In this document: positions 8,137 to 17,428 of the stretch, piece by piece
Layout of the letters: every line of letters starts with the position of its first letter
Position numbering within the stretch: position 1 is the stretch's first letter
DNA from: Pseudomonadota bacterium
Lineage (GTDB): Bacteria; Bdellovibrionota_B; Oligoflexia; Oligoflexales; RGVZ01
Length of the DNA: 33,106 nt
Assembly (NCBI GenBank): GCA_041178085.1
Contig: JBEGVZ010000053.1
Span: 1-33,106, forward strand
Direction: 5' to 3'
Notes under the pieces: model-generated
What the model saw: only the letters and a program-made list of their open reading frames with translations
The model's database searches: none
Told to the model about the DNA's origin: nothing
Made by a program: the position numbers and the translations under genes

Positions 8137-9250
8137 ACGGTCCGGGCGCACGCAAGTTGGCGGAGCCTTGCCTTTCCTTAACGGCAAACCCGTTACGGAC
8201 CTGGTTTGGTTTCAAACCAGCTTCATTGGCGACATCATCTTGACGACTTCTGCGATGGCAGCTGCCCAGTCAGCCTGGCCCGGCGTGCGGCAGTCAGCGT
8301 TGACGACGGCCGCAGGGGCTGCGGTTTTTGGCCGAGTGCCTTTCATTGACCGGACATTCCTTTTCAGCAAACGTGGCGGCCTTGGATTGCGAGGGATTCT
8401 TGCGGCCGCAGGGGCGATGCGGGCGTGGCACAGACGTTTGCCGCATGGAAGTCGTGCGGTGATCCTGCAGGCACACAAAAGCTTTCGTTCTTCGTTGGTG
8501 TCTCGTTTAAGCGGTTTGCCAGTCATTACCTACCGTGAAACTTCGCGCCTGCCATTTGTGGGCGCTCCCCCGTCGGCCCTTGTGGACCGCGTGATGCCCT
8601 TTCACGAGTCAGCGCGCATTGCCATGTTGCTGGAGCCTTTTGGCATGGCGCGGGAGTTGATGGTTGCGGCGCGTCCGGACTTGGGTGTCTCGCGTGCGGC
8701 GATCTCGCCTGGATCTTCCGCCAAGAAGGAAACGAAGATTGCCATTGCTCCGGGTAGCGTCTGGGGAACCAAGCGCTGGTTGCCAGACCGGTTCGCCCGG
8801 CTTGCAGTCGAGCTGTTGGCCAAAGTGCCCGAAGCGCGGATCGTCCTGACAGGAAGTCCGGATGAAGCGCCGCTGTGCGAGGCGATCGAACGCAAGATCA
8901 GCGTGCGGGGCAGGGTGGAAAATCTTGCTGGCAAGACTGCGCTCAAGGATTTGCCGCAATTGTTCTCCGGATTTGACCTTGTGATCACCAACGACAGCTC
9001 GCCCGTGCATTATGCATCGGCTTTGAATGTCCCCACCGTTGCAATTTTTGGTGCGACGATCCCGCAATTTGGCTTTTCTCCGTTGGCGCAAAAAAGTGTC
9101 GTGGTTGAAGCGGGTCCACTCAAGTGCCGACCGTGCAGTGATCATGGTCCGCAGACCTGCCCTGAATCACATTTCCGGTGCATGAAGGACATCTCCGTTG
9201 AGAAGGTTCTTGCTGCTGCGCTGAATTGCCTCGCCGGTTTATCGAACTAA
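8087..9250 (+). CDS. Glycosyltransferase family 9 (LPS heptosyltransferase, WaaF-like)
   Basis: QTSFIGDIIL, APGSVWGTKRW, NLAGKT.L, TNDSSPVHYASALNVPTVAIFG, CRPC...CP..HFRCM. True start may be TTG 8168. Confidence 0.88.
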   Translation: MQTEKTPLSSNIESSPERSGRTQVGGALPFLNGKPVTDLVWFQTSFIGDIILTTSAMAAAQSAWPGVRQSALTTAAGAAVFGRVPFIDRTFLFSKRGGLGLRGILAAAGAMRAWHRRLPHGSRAVILQAHKSFRSSLVSRLSGLPVITYRETSRLPFVGAPPSALVDRVMPFHESARIAMLLEPFGMARELMVAARPDLGVSRAAISPGSSAKKETKIAIAPGSVWGTKRWLPDRFARLAVELLAKVPEARIVLTGSPDEAPLCEAIERKISVRGRVENLAGKTALKDLPQLFSGFDLVITNDSSPVHYASALNVPTVAIFGATIPQFGFSPLAQKSVVVEAGPLKCRPCSDHGPQTCPESHFRCMKDISVEKVLAAALNCLAGLSN

Positions 9251-9397
9251 AAAATCTTCGATCAAAAAAAATTTGTTGTGAGCGTCACTTAAAACGCTTC
9301 TCAGGGGCAGTGTGCATTTTTTGGTATCGACCACCTGTCCACGATGTTAGAACCAAAAAAAAGACAGAAATTCAATTTCCGCGGGAGGTGTAAGCCC

Positions 9398-10351
9398 ATG
9401 TATTGGCTTAATAAATTTCCATTTTGGCGCCAAATTTCACGTTGGGTAATTGTCTTGGGCTGCGCCTGGGTTGTGGTAGCAACCGGGTGCGGCAGGAACA
9501 CGGATGACAACCAGAATGATGGTGATCTACCCACCGATCAAGGTCCCACGTCGCCGCCTCAAGATGATGATGACCTGAATCCAGTGCCCCGCGGTCCCCA
9601 ACCTGGCGCCGGGCTGGTAACTTTCGACCTGCCCAAATTCAACAACCGAACTTCGTCCAATTGGTCGCCCGTATTGAAAGACATCATGAACCACGAGGCG
9701 CCCGGTGATAGCAACAATTACGACGACCTGATCACGTTAGGTCACGAGACGTCCCACGGCATTCATTCGCACATACGCAACAACTTGAATCAAACCGGCA
9801 AACGCGTGAACGGATTTTATTTGCTGGATGGATTGGCCGTGATCATTGAAGAGCCGGCAATGCGTAAATCAAGGGTCGCGCCTCTAGTGCCCCAATCGCT
9901 GCGCAATTCCCGTTATGACCTTTACGTGGCGGGATCTCCTGACTGGGACGATCGTCCGACCTATTTGATGGACGAGTGGGTCGCCTACACAAACGGGGCT
10001 GCCGTTGGGGTGGATTTGGCAAAGCGTGGGATGTGGCGCGCCGGTTGGCGTGACGGCGTGCGTGGAGCAATTGATTTCAGCGTCTTTGTGACTGCGATGG
10101 CTTTGGCAGTGGAGCGGCACGACCCCGCCTACTTCGCCAGTAACGTCCAGTTCCGTGAGTTTGTAGCGTGGAATCTTCAGCGGGCGATGGCGCTCTTTTT
10201 TGAAGGGCGAAAGTTCAAGGAATTTGCCAGCACAGACCAGGACGCCTATTACGCCACATTCCGCGACAGTCCCGAAGCAGCTGAATTGCGCAATTTCTTG
10301 ATCCGGACCTACGGAGAAACCTGGGTCCAAACCGCAGTCTTCACAGAATAG
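9398..10351 (+). CDS. Lipoprotein with HExxH zinc-metallopeptidase-like motif
   Basis: GGAGG RBS, lipobox ATG-C, Asp/Pro linker, GHETSHG and a downstream DEWVAY. Confidence 0.65.
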   Translation: MYWLNKFPFWRQISRWVIVLGCAWVVVATGCGRNTDDNQNDGDLPTDQGPTSPPQDDDDLNPVPRGPQPGAGLVTFDLPKFNNRTSSNWSPVLKDIMNHEAPGDSNNYDDLITLGHETSHGIHSHIRNNLNQTGKRVNGFYLLDGLAVIIEEPAMRKSRVAPLVPQSLRNSRYDLYVAGSPDWDDRPTYLMDEWVAYTNGAAVGVDLAKRGMWRAGWRDGVRGAIDFSVFVTAMALAVERHDPAYFASNVQFREFVAWNLQRAMALFFEGRKFKEFASTDQDAYYATFRDSPEAAELRNFLIRTYGETWVQTAVFTE

Positions 10352-10360
10352 GAGTTTTAG

Positions 10361-11383
10361 ATGCAAGCATTGAAATCATGCCGCTACTCAGGCGTAGCTC
10401 TGACTTTTATCTTGTTGCTTTCCTGTGGTTTCGAAGGGCGCAAGCCCCATGGGCAAGGCAGCGATCAACCTGTGGTGGATGTCCCTCCGGCTCCACCTGC
10501 CCTCGTCGATGCTCCATCCCAGCCCGATGGTGACGTGGACCAAGGCAGGTCCGACGATGATCTGCCGCCGCCTTCCGGATTGCCTGCTCCCCGCCGTCTG
10601 CCGCGTATTGCCGTTGCCTATGATTACGCGGGGGTTTTGTCTCGCGACAGCCAGACCGCAGCAGTGATCCGCCTGGTGCTGCAGGGCGGGCCGCTTAAGG
10701 CGTCACGGCGGGTTTTGTTTAGCGGTTCACTTTTGAACTTGAATAATTCCTCTATCCGAGTGCCGGTGGAGCGTGAGGTGGACGTTGCAGAAGGGGGAAT
10801 CGTCGATTTTACTGTATCAGGACTCGATCCAGAGACGATCTATCGCCTCGAGAAGGCGAGCCTGGCGGATGCATCGGGCGGCCTGGTTGCCCCTCCGAAC
10901 GCTGTGCAAATTTCGCATCAGTTTCACGTTGCCACGGTGGGCGACTCTGCGCTCTCAAAGGCACGGCGTCGGATGGTTTTGCGCGCAGTTGCGGAATCCT
11001 ACGACTGGGATCATGGCAATTACGACGGGTCTAAAGGTTACGCAAATGGCAGCTGGTGTGATCGTTTCTATACGTGGGCGGCAAAGCATGACTTCAAGGT
11101 AGCAAACCCTTATTCCGCGAAATCATTTTTTTCCCGTCATGGTTCGCTTGGGAATTCAGGACGTGTTCCGGGTTTAGCTGCCAGGGGATCTGTCATGGGT
11201 GATTTTGTCCGTTACGAGGGCAGCAGCCAGGGCACGCACACGTTCATGATCCTTGCATACGACCAAGCCACGCGCATGGTTTGGACCGTTGAAGGTAACT
11301 TCAACAGCAGCGTTGAGCGATTGACGCGGCGGCTGGGTTCTGGCTGGTGGCACGGTCAGCTGGTGGATTCTCAGGTACGTTAA
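10361..11383 (+). CDS. Lipoprotein with C-terminal CHAP (Cys/His amidohydrolase) domain
   Basis: AGGAG RBS, lipobox LLS-C, Pro-rich linker, FN3-like VSGLDPETIY, and CHAP motifs WCDRF, GDFV, THTFMI, TVEGN. Confidence 0.75.
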   Translation: MQALKSCRYSGVALTFILLLSCGFEGRKPHGQGSDQPVVDVPPAPPALVDAPSQPDGDVDQGRSDDDLPPPSGLPAPRRLPRIAVAYDYAGVLSRDSQTAAVIRLVLQGGPLKASRRVLFSGSLLNLNNSSIRVPVEREVDVAEGGIVDFTVSGLDPETIYRLEKASLADASGGLVAPPNAVQISHQFHVATVGDSALSKARRRMVLRAVAESYDWDHGNYDGSKGYANGSWCDRFYTWAAKHDFKVANPYSAKSFFSRHGSLGNSGRVPGLAARGSVMGDFVRYEGSSQGTHTFMILAYDQATRMVWTVEGNFNSSVERLTRRLGSGWWHGQLVDSQVR

Positions 11384-11412
11384 GGCTCAACTGTCATCAT
11401 TTTACCCCGTGT

Positions 11413-12138
11413 CTAAAAGCGTAAGAAAACGTAAGGCACGGGGATAAAGTAGCTGAAGTTGGCGTTGATTTTTGAATTCACGGGCAGATAGCTGTTTACG
11501 GACCATGAATTCATTTCCACAAGCAGAAATCCAGCGTGGACATGATTCCAGGCCCAGGTGAAGCCCATGTAAGGGATCATCATGTCTGATCCGATGAAAG
11601 CAAGATTTCCCGCTGGCGTGTAATAGCTATAGTCAAAACCCATCCAAATTCGATTACGTTTTCGCCAGGTGGCCTGATCGTTCGCAAAACCTGTTTCCGG
11701 GTCATCCCCGCCTAAATCCAGATAGGGCTCGGATTTGCCAGAGATCGTCACGGCGAAGCTATGCTGCTTTCGCTCGCCCCGTGTGATGCCAAGGGTCGTT
11801 CCGGCGCGCCATGTTGCCCAATCCCATTTCCCGGCAACCGAATGGAAGTAGCGGGCGTATGGTGTTATGCGCAGACCTTTTGGCAGTTGAAAGCGCATGC
11901 TTGCGCCCAGAGAAGGAGCCGAAAACAGGTCGTAAAGGTAGTTGGTCTCCAGCATGAAGCCGTCACTGACGCCGTACATTAATTTTGTGATGCTCAGTTC
12001 GTATCTGCCGGGCTGCAAAGTCTCGCCAGTTTGTTCAACGCTGCGTTCAGTCTCGTTCAAGGCAGGCCAGGCCGGTGTGCTGACCAGGCAAAACAGCAGC
12101 GCAGAAGAGCACAGATTTTTGACGAAAGAAATATGCAT
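11413..12138 (-). CDS. Hypothetical outer-membrane beta-barrel-like protein
   Basis: Signal peptide, aromatic-rich alternating strands, C-terminal YVFLRF. TGATG coupling to the upstream gene. Confidence 0.6.
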   Translation of the reverse strand: MHISFVKNLCSSALLFCLVSTPAWPALNETERSVEQTGETLQPGRYELSITKLMYGVSDGFMLETNYLYDLFSAPSLGASMRFQLPKGLRITPYARYFHSVAGKWDWATWRAGTTLGITRGERKQHSFAVTISGKSEPYLDLGGDDPETGFANDQATWRKRNRIWMGFDYSYYTPAGNLAFIGSDMMIPYMGFTWAWNHVHAGFLLVEMNSWSVNSYLPVNSKINANFSYFIPVPYVFLRF

Positions 12139-13067
12139 CAAAACGGCCAGTTTAAGTTGATAAAATCGATGAACACCTGGGCGTCATCGTCTGAGTTGTA
12201 ATAGGGACCAACCCACGTGAATGTCGGCTTGTACCAACGGCTTAACAAAAGGCCGACGGAAAACTCAGAGCGTTGTGGACGCAAATCAGGCAGGACAAGG
12301 CTGTTGAACTGGCGAAAGTGGCGTGCTTCTATCGCAAGTCCCAGATTCCTTGCGTGGTGTGCCACCCAGGTCGCTTTGGTCATCGACTCGAAGATGACAG
12401 GGCTGGAGCTGACAGCCCACCCGCCGTACAGGGCAGTGGTCCAGTCTCCTGATACCCAAAGACCAGAAGCCAGCCCCAACTCCATCCCGGCGCTGGATGT
12501 TACGCCGCGTTTTTGGTCGACCCAGGTCAAGTGCTCCCAGGAGTTGTCGAGTTTCTTGTGCAGGTTGACTTGAACTTCCCTCGCTCCCTTTGGTCCCAGG
12601 TGACCAAGGCCAGCCTCGATTTGGACTCGGGGCCTGATTCCCCCGGGAAGTTCGTCGGAATCTGCAAACAAAATTGCGTAGGCAATCTGGATCTCTGCCC
12701 AATCGCCGTAGGCTCCGACAGGGGGACGCAACTCGATGCCATCAGCGATTCGATGCGACGGTGTAATGAACCGCCATCCCATCCGGACATCAATGCTCTC
12801 GTCTTTCCAGCTGCGGGTCCATCCGAGGCGCGTGCTGTGCGTCAGGAACTTGTCTGTTCTTCCAGCGATGTCGTTATTCAGGGGATTTACGTACCAGGAA
12901 TCGTTCACGAGAAAAAGAAGCCCTGATTCCCCGGGGGCTCCGGTGGCACTGGCTCCGGCCATTGGATGAGGCGCAAGCGTCGGTGAAGGCAGGTCTGCGT
13001 ACACAAGCCCGCAAAAATTGAGGCTCAGTACGCAGGCCAGTAATTTTTCCCTGAATGCGTAGCTCAA
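12138..13067 (-). CDS. Lipid A 3'-O-deacylase LpxR family (DUF2219) outer-membrane protein
   Basis: ND...D..LT, GHLGP...EVQ..LH......W..Q pattern and C-terminal Phe. Confidence 0.65.
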   Translation of the reverse strand: MSYAFREKLLACVLSLNFCGLVYADLPSPTLAPHPMAGASATGAPGESGLLFLVNDSWYVNPLNNDIAGRTDKFLTHSTRLGWTRSWKDESIDVRMGWRFITPSHRIADGIELRPPVGAYGDWAEIQIAYAILFADSDELPGGIRPRVQIEAGLGHLGPKGAREVQVNLHKKLDNSWEHLTWVDQKRGVTSSAGMELGLASGLWVSGDWTTALYGGWAVSSSPVIFESMTKATWVAHHARNLGLAIEARHFRQFNSLVLPDLRPQRSEFSVGLLLSRWYKPTFTWVGPYYNSDDDAQVFIDFINLNWPF

Positions 13068-13076
13068 GGCTTCGAT

Positions 13077-14231
13077 TTAGGCCTTCTGGTATTCGCCAAA
13101 CACTGCGCGCGAGATAATCAGGCGCTGGATTTGCTGGGTGCCCTCATAGATCTGGGTGATCTTTGCGTCGCGGTAAAGCTTCTCCACCGGATATTCGTTG
13201 CTGTATCCGTATCCGCCAAAGATCTGGACGGCGTCCTGGGTGATGCGTACGGCAATGTCGCCCGCAAAACACTTGGCGAACGAAGCAAACTTGGTGTTGC
13301 GGCCGCCGCCATCCAATTCCGATGCCGCTTTCCAGACCAGAAGACGCGCTGCCTCGATGTCCTTCGCCATGTCGGCAATGATGAATGCTATGGCCTGGTG
13401 TTCTGCGATGGCGCGACCGAAGGTCTTGCGCTCAAGTGCATATTTTACGGCGTGATCCATCGCACACTGGGCGATGCCAACGGCAAGTGCAGCCACCGCA
13501 GGGCGGGACAGGTCAAATGCCTTCATGGCGATCTTGAATCCGTCACCTTCCTTGCCAAGAAGGTATTTTTTCGGGACCTTGACGTTGTTGAAGACGATGC
13601 CGCGCGTGTCACTGCAGCGCTGGCCCATGTTGATTTCCTTTTTGCCGACCTTGATCCCGTCCAGATTGGACGGGATGACAAAAGCCACCATCGCCTTGTG
13701 GCCTTGCGCAGGATCCATCGTGGCAAGGACGAAGTACCATTTGGCCTTGGATCCATTGGTGATCCACATTTTTTCGCCATTCAGGATGTAGCCTTCGCCA
13801 TCTTTTTTGGCAGTCGTACGAATCCCGGCGACGTCACTGCCTGCTCCGGGCTCGGTGACGCAGTAGGCGGCCATCGATGCCTCTGAGAACATCGGCTTGA
13901 CGAATTCCTCAACTTGTTCAGGATTTGCAGCCACAATCACGGGACCAAGGGCCAGGTCATTGGCCGTGATCGCTGTGGCCATGCCGGAGCAACCGTAGGC
14001 CAGCTCTTCCACGATAACTGACTGGGTCATGTGATCAAGGCCGGGGCCGCCCATGCTTTCAGGTACGGAAATATTCATAAGGCCGGTGGCGTGGGCCTTC
14101 TTGATGATATCGACGGGATATTCCATCGTCTGGTCGTGTTTTGCCGCCGCAGGCATCATTTCCTTGCGGGCAAAGTCGCGTGCAGTTTGCTGGATAGCCT
14201 GCTGGTCTTCTGTAAGACGGAACAACGTCAT
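13077..14231 (-). CDS. Acyl-CoA dehydrogenase (short/medium-chain type)
   Basis: YCVTEPGAGSD, LNGEKMWITNG, R.TFG..I..HQ, QIFGGYGY, IYEGTQQIQR. AGGAG RBS before ATG 14231. Confidence 0.95.
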   Translation of the reverse strand: MTLFRLTEDQQAIQQTARDFARKEMMPAAAKHDQTMEYPVDIIKKAHATGLMNISVPESMGGPGLDHMTQSVIVEELAYGCSGMATAITANDLALGPVIVAANPEQVEEFVKPMFSEASMAAYCVTEPGAGSDVAGIRTTAKKDGEGYILNGEKMWITNGSKAKWYFVLATMDPAQGHKAMVAFVIPSNLDGIKVGKKEINMGQRCSDTRGIVFNNVKVPKKYLLGKEGDGFKIAMKAFDLSRPAVAALAVGIAQCAMDHAVKYALERKTFGRAIAEHQAIAFIIADMAKDIEAARLLVWKAASELDGGGRNTKFASFAKCFAGDIAVRITQDAVQIFGGYGYSNEYPVEKLYRDAKITQIYEGTQQIQRLIISRAVFGEYQKA

Positions 14232-14277
14232 GTTGAACACTCCTGTGAGGCAGTTTAGGGATCAATCATCCCCGGAC

Positions 14278-15462
14278 TCATAAACTCCAGTCAATGGCTG
14301 TCCGCAAGTATGTCACTTCAATCCCGTTGGGGTAGCCCGGCGTGGTCAGTCTGATGCGGGTCTTCGAAATGACCGAAATCTCAAATCCGGGGGTGTTTTT
14401 TACGACACACCGTCGCGGAGAACCTGCCGGGTCATTGTCGGAGCACTCGTAAAGCGTTCCATTCGGCGAGCGGGAGGTTCCGTTGACGAAGCCAATGGCA
14501 CGGAACCGGTCTTGTTTGCCTGGGACGTGTTCAATTTCAAGCCATGTGTCTTTCGCGTCGAACTCGTCGTATTTCCATTTGCCGGGAGTGGGCAAGAGGG
14601 CGTCGGTGGCTTCGCCAGCATCCGATTCCGGACGCGCAGGCAAGGTTTCTACTGGAATGTCCCGGTGAACATAAGTGACTTCGCTCCTGGGATCGCACAG
14701 AACATGCTGCCAGTCGTTTTTTTTCATCTCGACTTCTTTGCCGTAACCGCGGCAGCTGCGCGTCCCGGTTTTTACCGCGTAAAGGACGGCCCAAAGGCCC
14801 CAGCGGTCGTCACTGGTGAACATCTCTGGGGGGAGGTTTTGTCCGTTCATGACTGAAGGCGGCTGGTTTTCTTCCCACTCGGACCGGCCAGGTATCCGGT
14901 ACGTGTCCCCCAGCGCAAGCAGGTGGCCGTACTCGTGCAAGATTGTGAAGTAGTCGTAGATGTCGTCTGGCATGCCGCGGTTGACGGGTCCGATATAGAT
15001 CGTCCTTTTTCCGGCCAGGGTACCGCTGGAACAAACCCGAGTGCTGCTGACCTGGCAGTAGTCGCGCTCAAAATCCGCGGCTTTCTGCCACACATTGAAG
15101 TTCAGCGAGGGGGCTTCGTCTTTGCACTCAGAGGTCTGGGTCTTGAAGTTCAGCGTCAGCTGGTGTTTGACCTTCCAGTCCGGGTAATCCTTGAGCAAGT
15201 AGTTCCATGCGTTGGCGGCTTTGCTCAGGGACTCCTTGAACCTGAGTTCTGCGGTCTTGCGCTCGGACTCATCGAATCCAATCAAGGCAAGACAGACCGG
15301 CATTTTTCCCGACGTTGCCTCGATGTGCTTCAAGAGGGAGTCACTGGGGTCTGTGATGGAGAATTTTTGTGAAGCACCGCGGTTGCCCGGGCGTGTCTTG
15401 CATTGAACGAGGGCAGTGGAAGCAGAGATGACAGCCGCAATAGCAATAAGCCTGGTACGCAT
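14278..15462 (-). CDS. Lipoprotein zinc metalloprotease (metzincin-like)
   Basis: GGAGG RBS, signal ending LVQ-C, LHEYGHLLALGDTY and a PSVM Met-turn. Confidence 0.75.
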   Translation of the reverse strand: MRTRLIAIAAVISASTALVQCKTRPGNRGASQKFSITDPSDSLLKHIEATSGKMPVCLALIGFDESERKTAELRFKESLSKAANAWNYLLKDYPDWKVKHQLTLNFKTQTSECKDEAPSLNFNVWQKAADFERDYCQVSSTRVCSSGTLAGKRTIYIGPVNRGMPDDIYDYFTILHEYGHLLALGDTYRIPGRSEWEENQPPSVMNGQNLPPEMFTSDDRWGLWAVLYAVKTGTRSCRGYGKEVEMKKNDWQHVLCDPRSEVTYVHRDIPVETLPARPESDAGEATDALLPTPGKWKYDEFDAKDTWLEIEHVPGKQDRFRAIGFVNGTSRSPNGTLYECSDNDPAGSPRRCVVKNTPGFEISVISKTRIRLTTPGYPNGIEVTYLRTAIDWSL

Positions 15463-15484
15463 ACTACGGATGTCCTCCGGAGGT

Positions 15485-16117
15485 TCACTGGGTTCCGAAC
15501 AACCGGTCTCCGGCGTCGCCAAGTCCCGGGATGATGTACTTCTTCTCGTTCAGCTTCTCGTCAATTGCCGCTGTATAGATTGGCACATCCGGGTGGTATT
15601 CGTGAAGGTATTCGATCCCCTCCGGGGCAGCCAGCAAGCAAACAAACTTGATTCCCTTGGGATTGGTCTGTTTCAGGCGGTCCAGCGCCGCGACCGCAGA
15701 GTGACCGGTTGCCAGCATCGGATCGAGGACGATCGACTCACGTTCGGGCATGTCTTTGGGGACTTTGAAGTAATACTCAACAGCCACATGGGTTTTGGGG
15801 TCGCGGTAAAGGCCGATATGGCCGACCCGTGCGGTCGGCACCAGCTTCAGGAAGCCATCGAGGAGGCCGTTGCCGGCGCGCAGGATCGACACCAGCACCA
15901 TGTCCTTGTCTTTCAGGAACGGGGCGTTCATCTGGCTGAGTGGGGTCTCGATCGGACGCAGTTCGACCGGCAGGTCGCGCGTTACTTCATAGGCCAAGAG
16001 CATGCCGATCTCTGACATGAGCATGCGGAAGTCGGCTGTGGAAGTATCTTTCTTGCGCATGAGCGAAAGCTTGTACTGCACAAGGGGATGTTTGATGTGG
16101 GTCAATTTGGGTGTCAT
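15485..16117 (-). CDS. upp: Uracil phosphoribosyltransferase (URC6/Urg2 equivalent)
   Basis: VSILRAG, DPMLATG and [16 protein letters not shown]. Confidence 0.97.
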   Translation of the reverse strand: MTPKLTHIKHPLVQYKLSLMRKKDTSTADFRMLMSEIGMLLAYEVTRDLPVELRPIETPLSQMNAPFLKDKDMVLVSILRAGNGLLDGFLKLVPTARVGHIGLYRDPKTHVAVEYYFKVPKDMPERESIVLDPMLATGHSAVAALDRLKQTNPKGIKFVCLLAAPEGIEYLHEYHPDVPIYTAAIDEKLNEKKYIIPGLGDAGDRLFGTQ

Positions 16118-16129
16118 GCGTTCATTCCT

Positions 16130-17428
16130 TTAAAAAACCGTTCCGTCACTTTCAATCTTTAGAGGCGGCGGGGCAGCAGGACCGCGCTTTTCCGCCGCGA
16201 TCTTTCGTCCAGCCGTCCACGTTCCGCCCTGCAGGATTCGCGCTGTTTCCATTTCTGGGCGGTCGAAGATGCGGCGGACTTCGCTTGCGACCTCATCGAG
16301 AAGGGCAACTGTCAGTGCGCGCCACTCGACAATCAATGGAGCTGCCGGGTTGTGAGCAGCCTGGGCGGCCTTCGGGTCAGTCAGTTCAAGAACCCCCAGG
16401 TCCAGCAACATTCCGCCGTTGCGGTATTCCGGCAAGCCGGTCAATTGGTCGAGTCCAGCGATGTTGACGCCGGTTGCAATCAGCGGTTCCGCGAGCGAAT
16501 AGGTCAGCCATTGAGTCAGCTTGTGAAAAGGGACGAAGCCAGCGGATTCAGTCCCCGGCGCAGCGCCTTCCAGTTGCCAAACGTCGCCAAGGGCAAATCC
16601 GTCTATGTTCGCGCGGGCCGGCCACATGGAGCTAAACCGGTTGACCAGCTGGGCGAACACATCCGGTATCGAGACGACGCCTTTTTGCGAGGAGTCCAGG
16701 GCGATTCCGGCCAGCTCACCGGGGCGCACGAGCGGGGCCAGTCCATGATCGGGTTTGAGCAGCTTTTCGCCAAACGCACGCAGCAACTGCGCACGGCCTT
16801 CAAGGCCCGCCATCGGATTCGAAGCAGTGACCTGGAAGCCCTGCGCCAGCTCTGCCGGCTCAAGCCCAACCAAACGCAGCGCATCTACGCGCAGTGGGTC
16901 AGAGGCCGGGTTACTAGAAAAAAGCCCTGACTGGAACATGCGCAGGCTGGCAATTCCCAGGCCCTCGGAACGCCGGAATTCAAGTCCGGTGGCACGGTCC
17001 TGGTAAACCCAGCGGTCGCCAGCGCCTGCGTCCAGCAGAACGCTCACCATAACCAGATCCCACGCCCGCGTTAGCCAAGCCAACTTGTTGCCAGCGCCCA
17101 CCGCTTGCTGCGGGTCGCCAATGATCTCCAGGGCCAGATTTCGCGACGAGCGTTCGGATCCGCCACGCTGTGCAGCTGGTATTTCAAAGTGTCGCCAGCG
17201 GCTATGGAAGGGGATGTTCAGGTCCGGATAATTTTCGCGGGTAACTTTGGCCACGTATTCCGCTGCCGCAGCAATCCTGGTGTCGTTCACCTTGAAGTAC
17301 CGGGACTTGCCGCGCCGCGCATCGGCCAGCACTTGGCGCGCCGTCACGCGGATGGTGGCCAGTTCCCGTAGCTGCTTGACGCGCGGGGTAAGGCGGGCCA
17401 TCTCGATGCTTTGGCTCATTGGTGTCAT
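16130..17428 (-). CDS. URC4/Urg3 family protein (DUF1688)
   Basis: IPFHSRWRHF, VSVLLDAGAG..W, RSEGLGIAS, LEGRA.LL, FHKLTQWLTYSL, TGLPEYRNGG, VEWRALTV, L.IESDGTVF. Confidence 0.92.
   Translation of the reverse strand: MTPMSQSIEMARLTPRVKQLRELATIRVTARQVLADARRGKSRYFKVNDTRIAAAAEYVAKVTRENYPDLNIPFHSRWRHFEIPAAQRGGSERSSRNLALEIIGDPQQAVGAGNKLAWLTRAWDLVMVSVLLDAGAGDRWVYQDRATGLEFRRSEGLGIASLRMFQSGLFSSNPASDPLRVDALRLVGLEPAELAQGFQVTASNPMAGLEGRAQLLRAFGEKLLKPDHGLAPLVRPGELAGIALDSSQKGVVSIPDVFAQLVNRFSSMWPARANIDGFALGDVWQLEGAAPGTESAGFVPFHKLTQWLTYSLAEPLIATGVNIAGLDQLTGLPEYRNGGMLLDLGVLELTDPKAAQAAHNPAAPLIVEWRALTVALLDEVASEVRRIFDRPEMETARILQGGTWTAGRKIAAEKRGPAAPPPLKIESDGTVF

Noticed and set aside
13131..13886. Long antisense ORFs (also 27064-27840, 29709-30368, 25595-26200, 15416-16015)
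   Set aside because: They lie opposite well-supported genes and are expected from GC-rich codon bias. No motifs seen.
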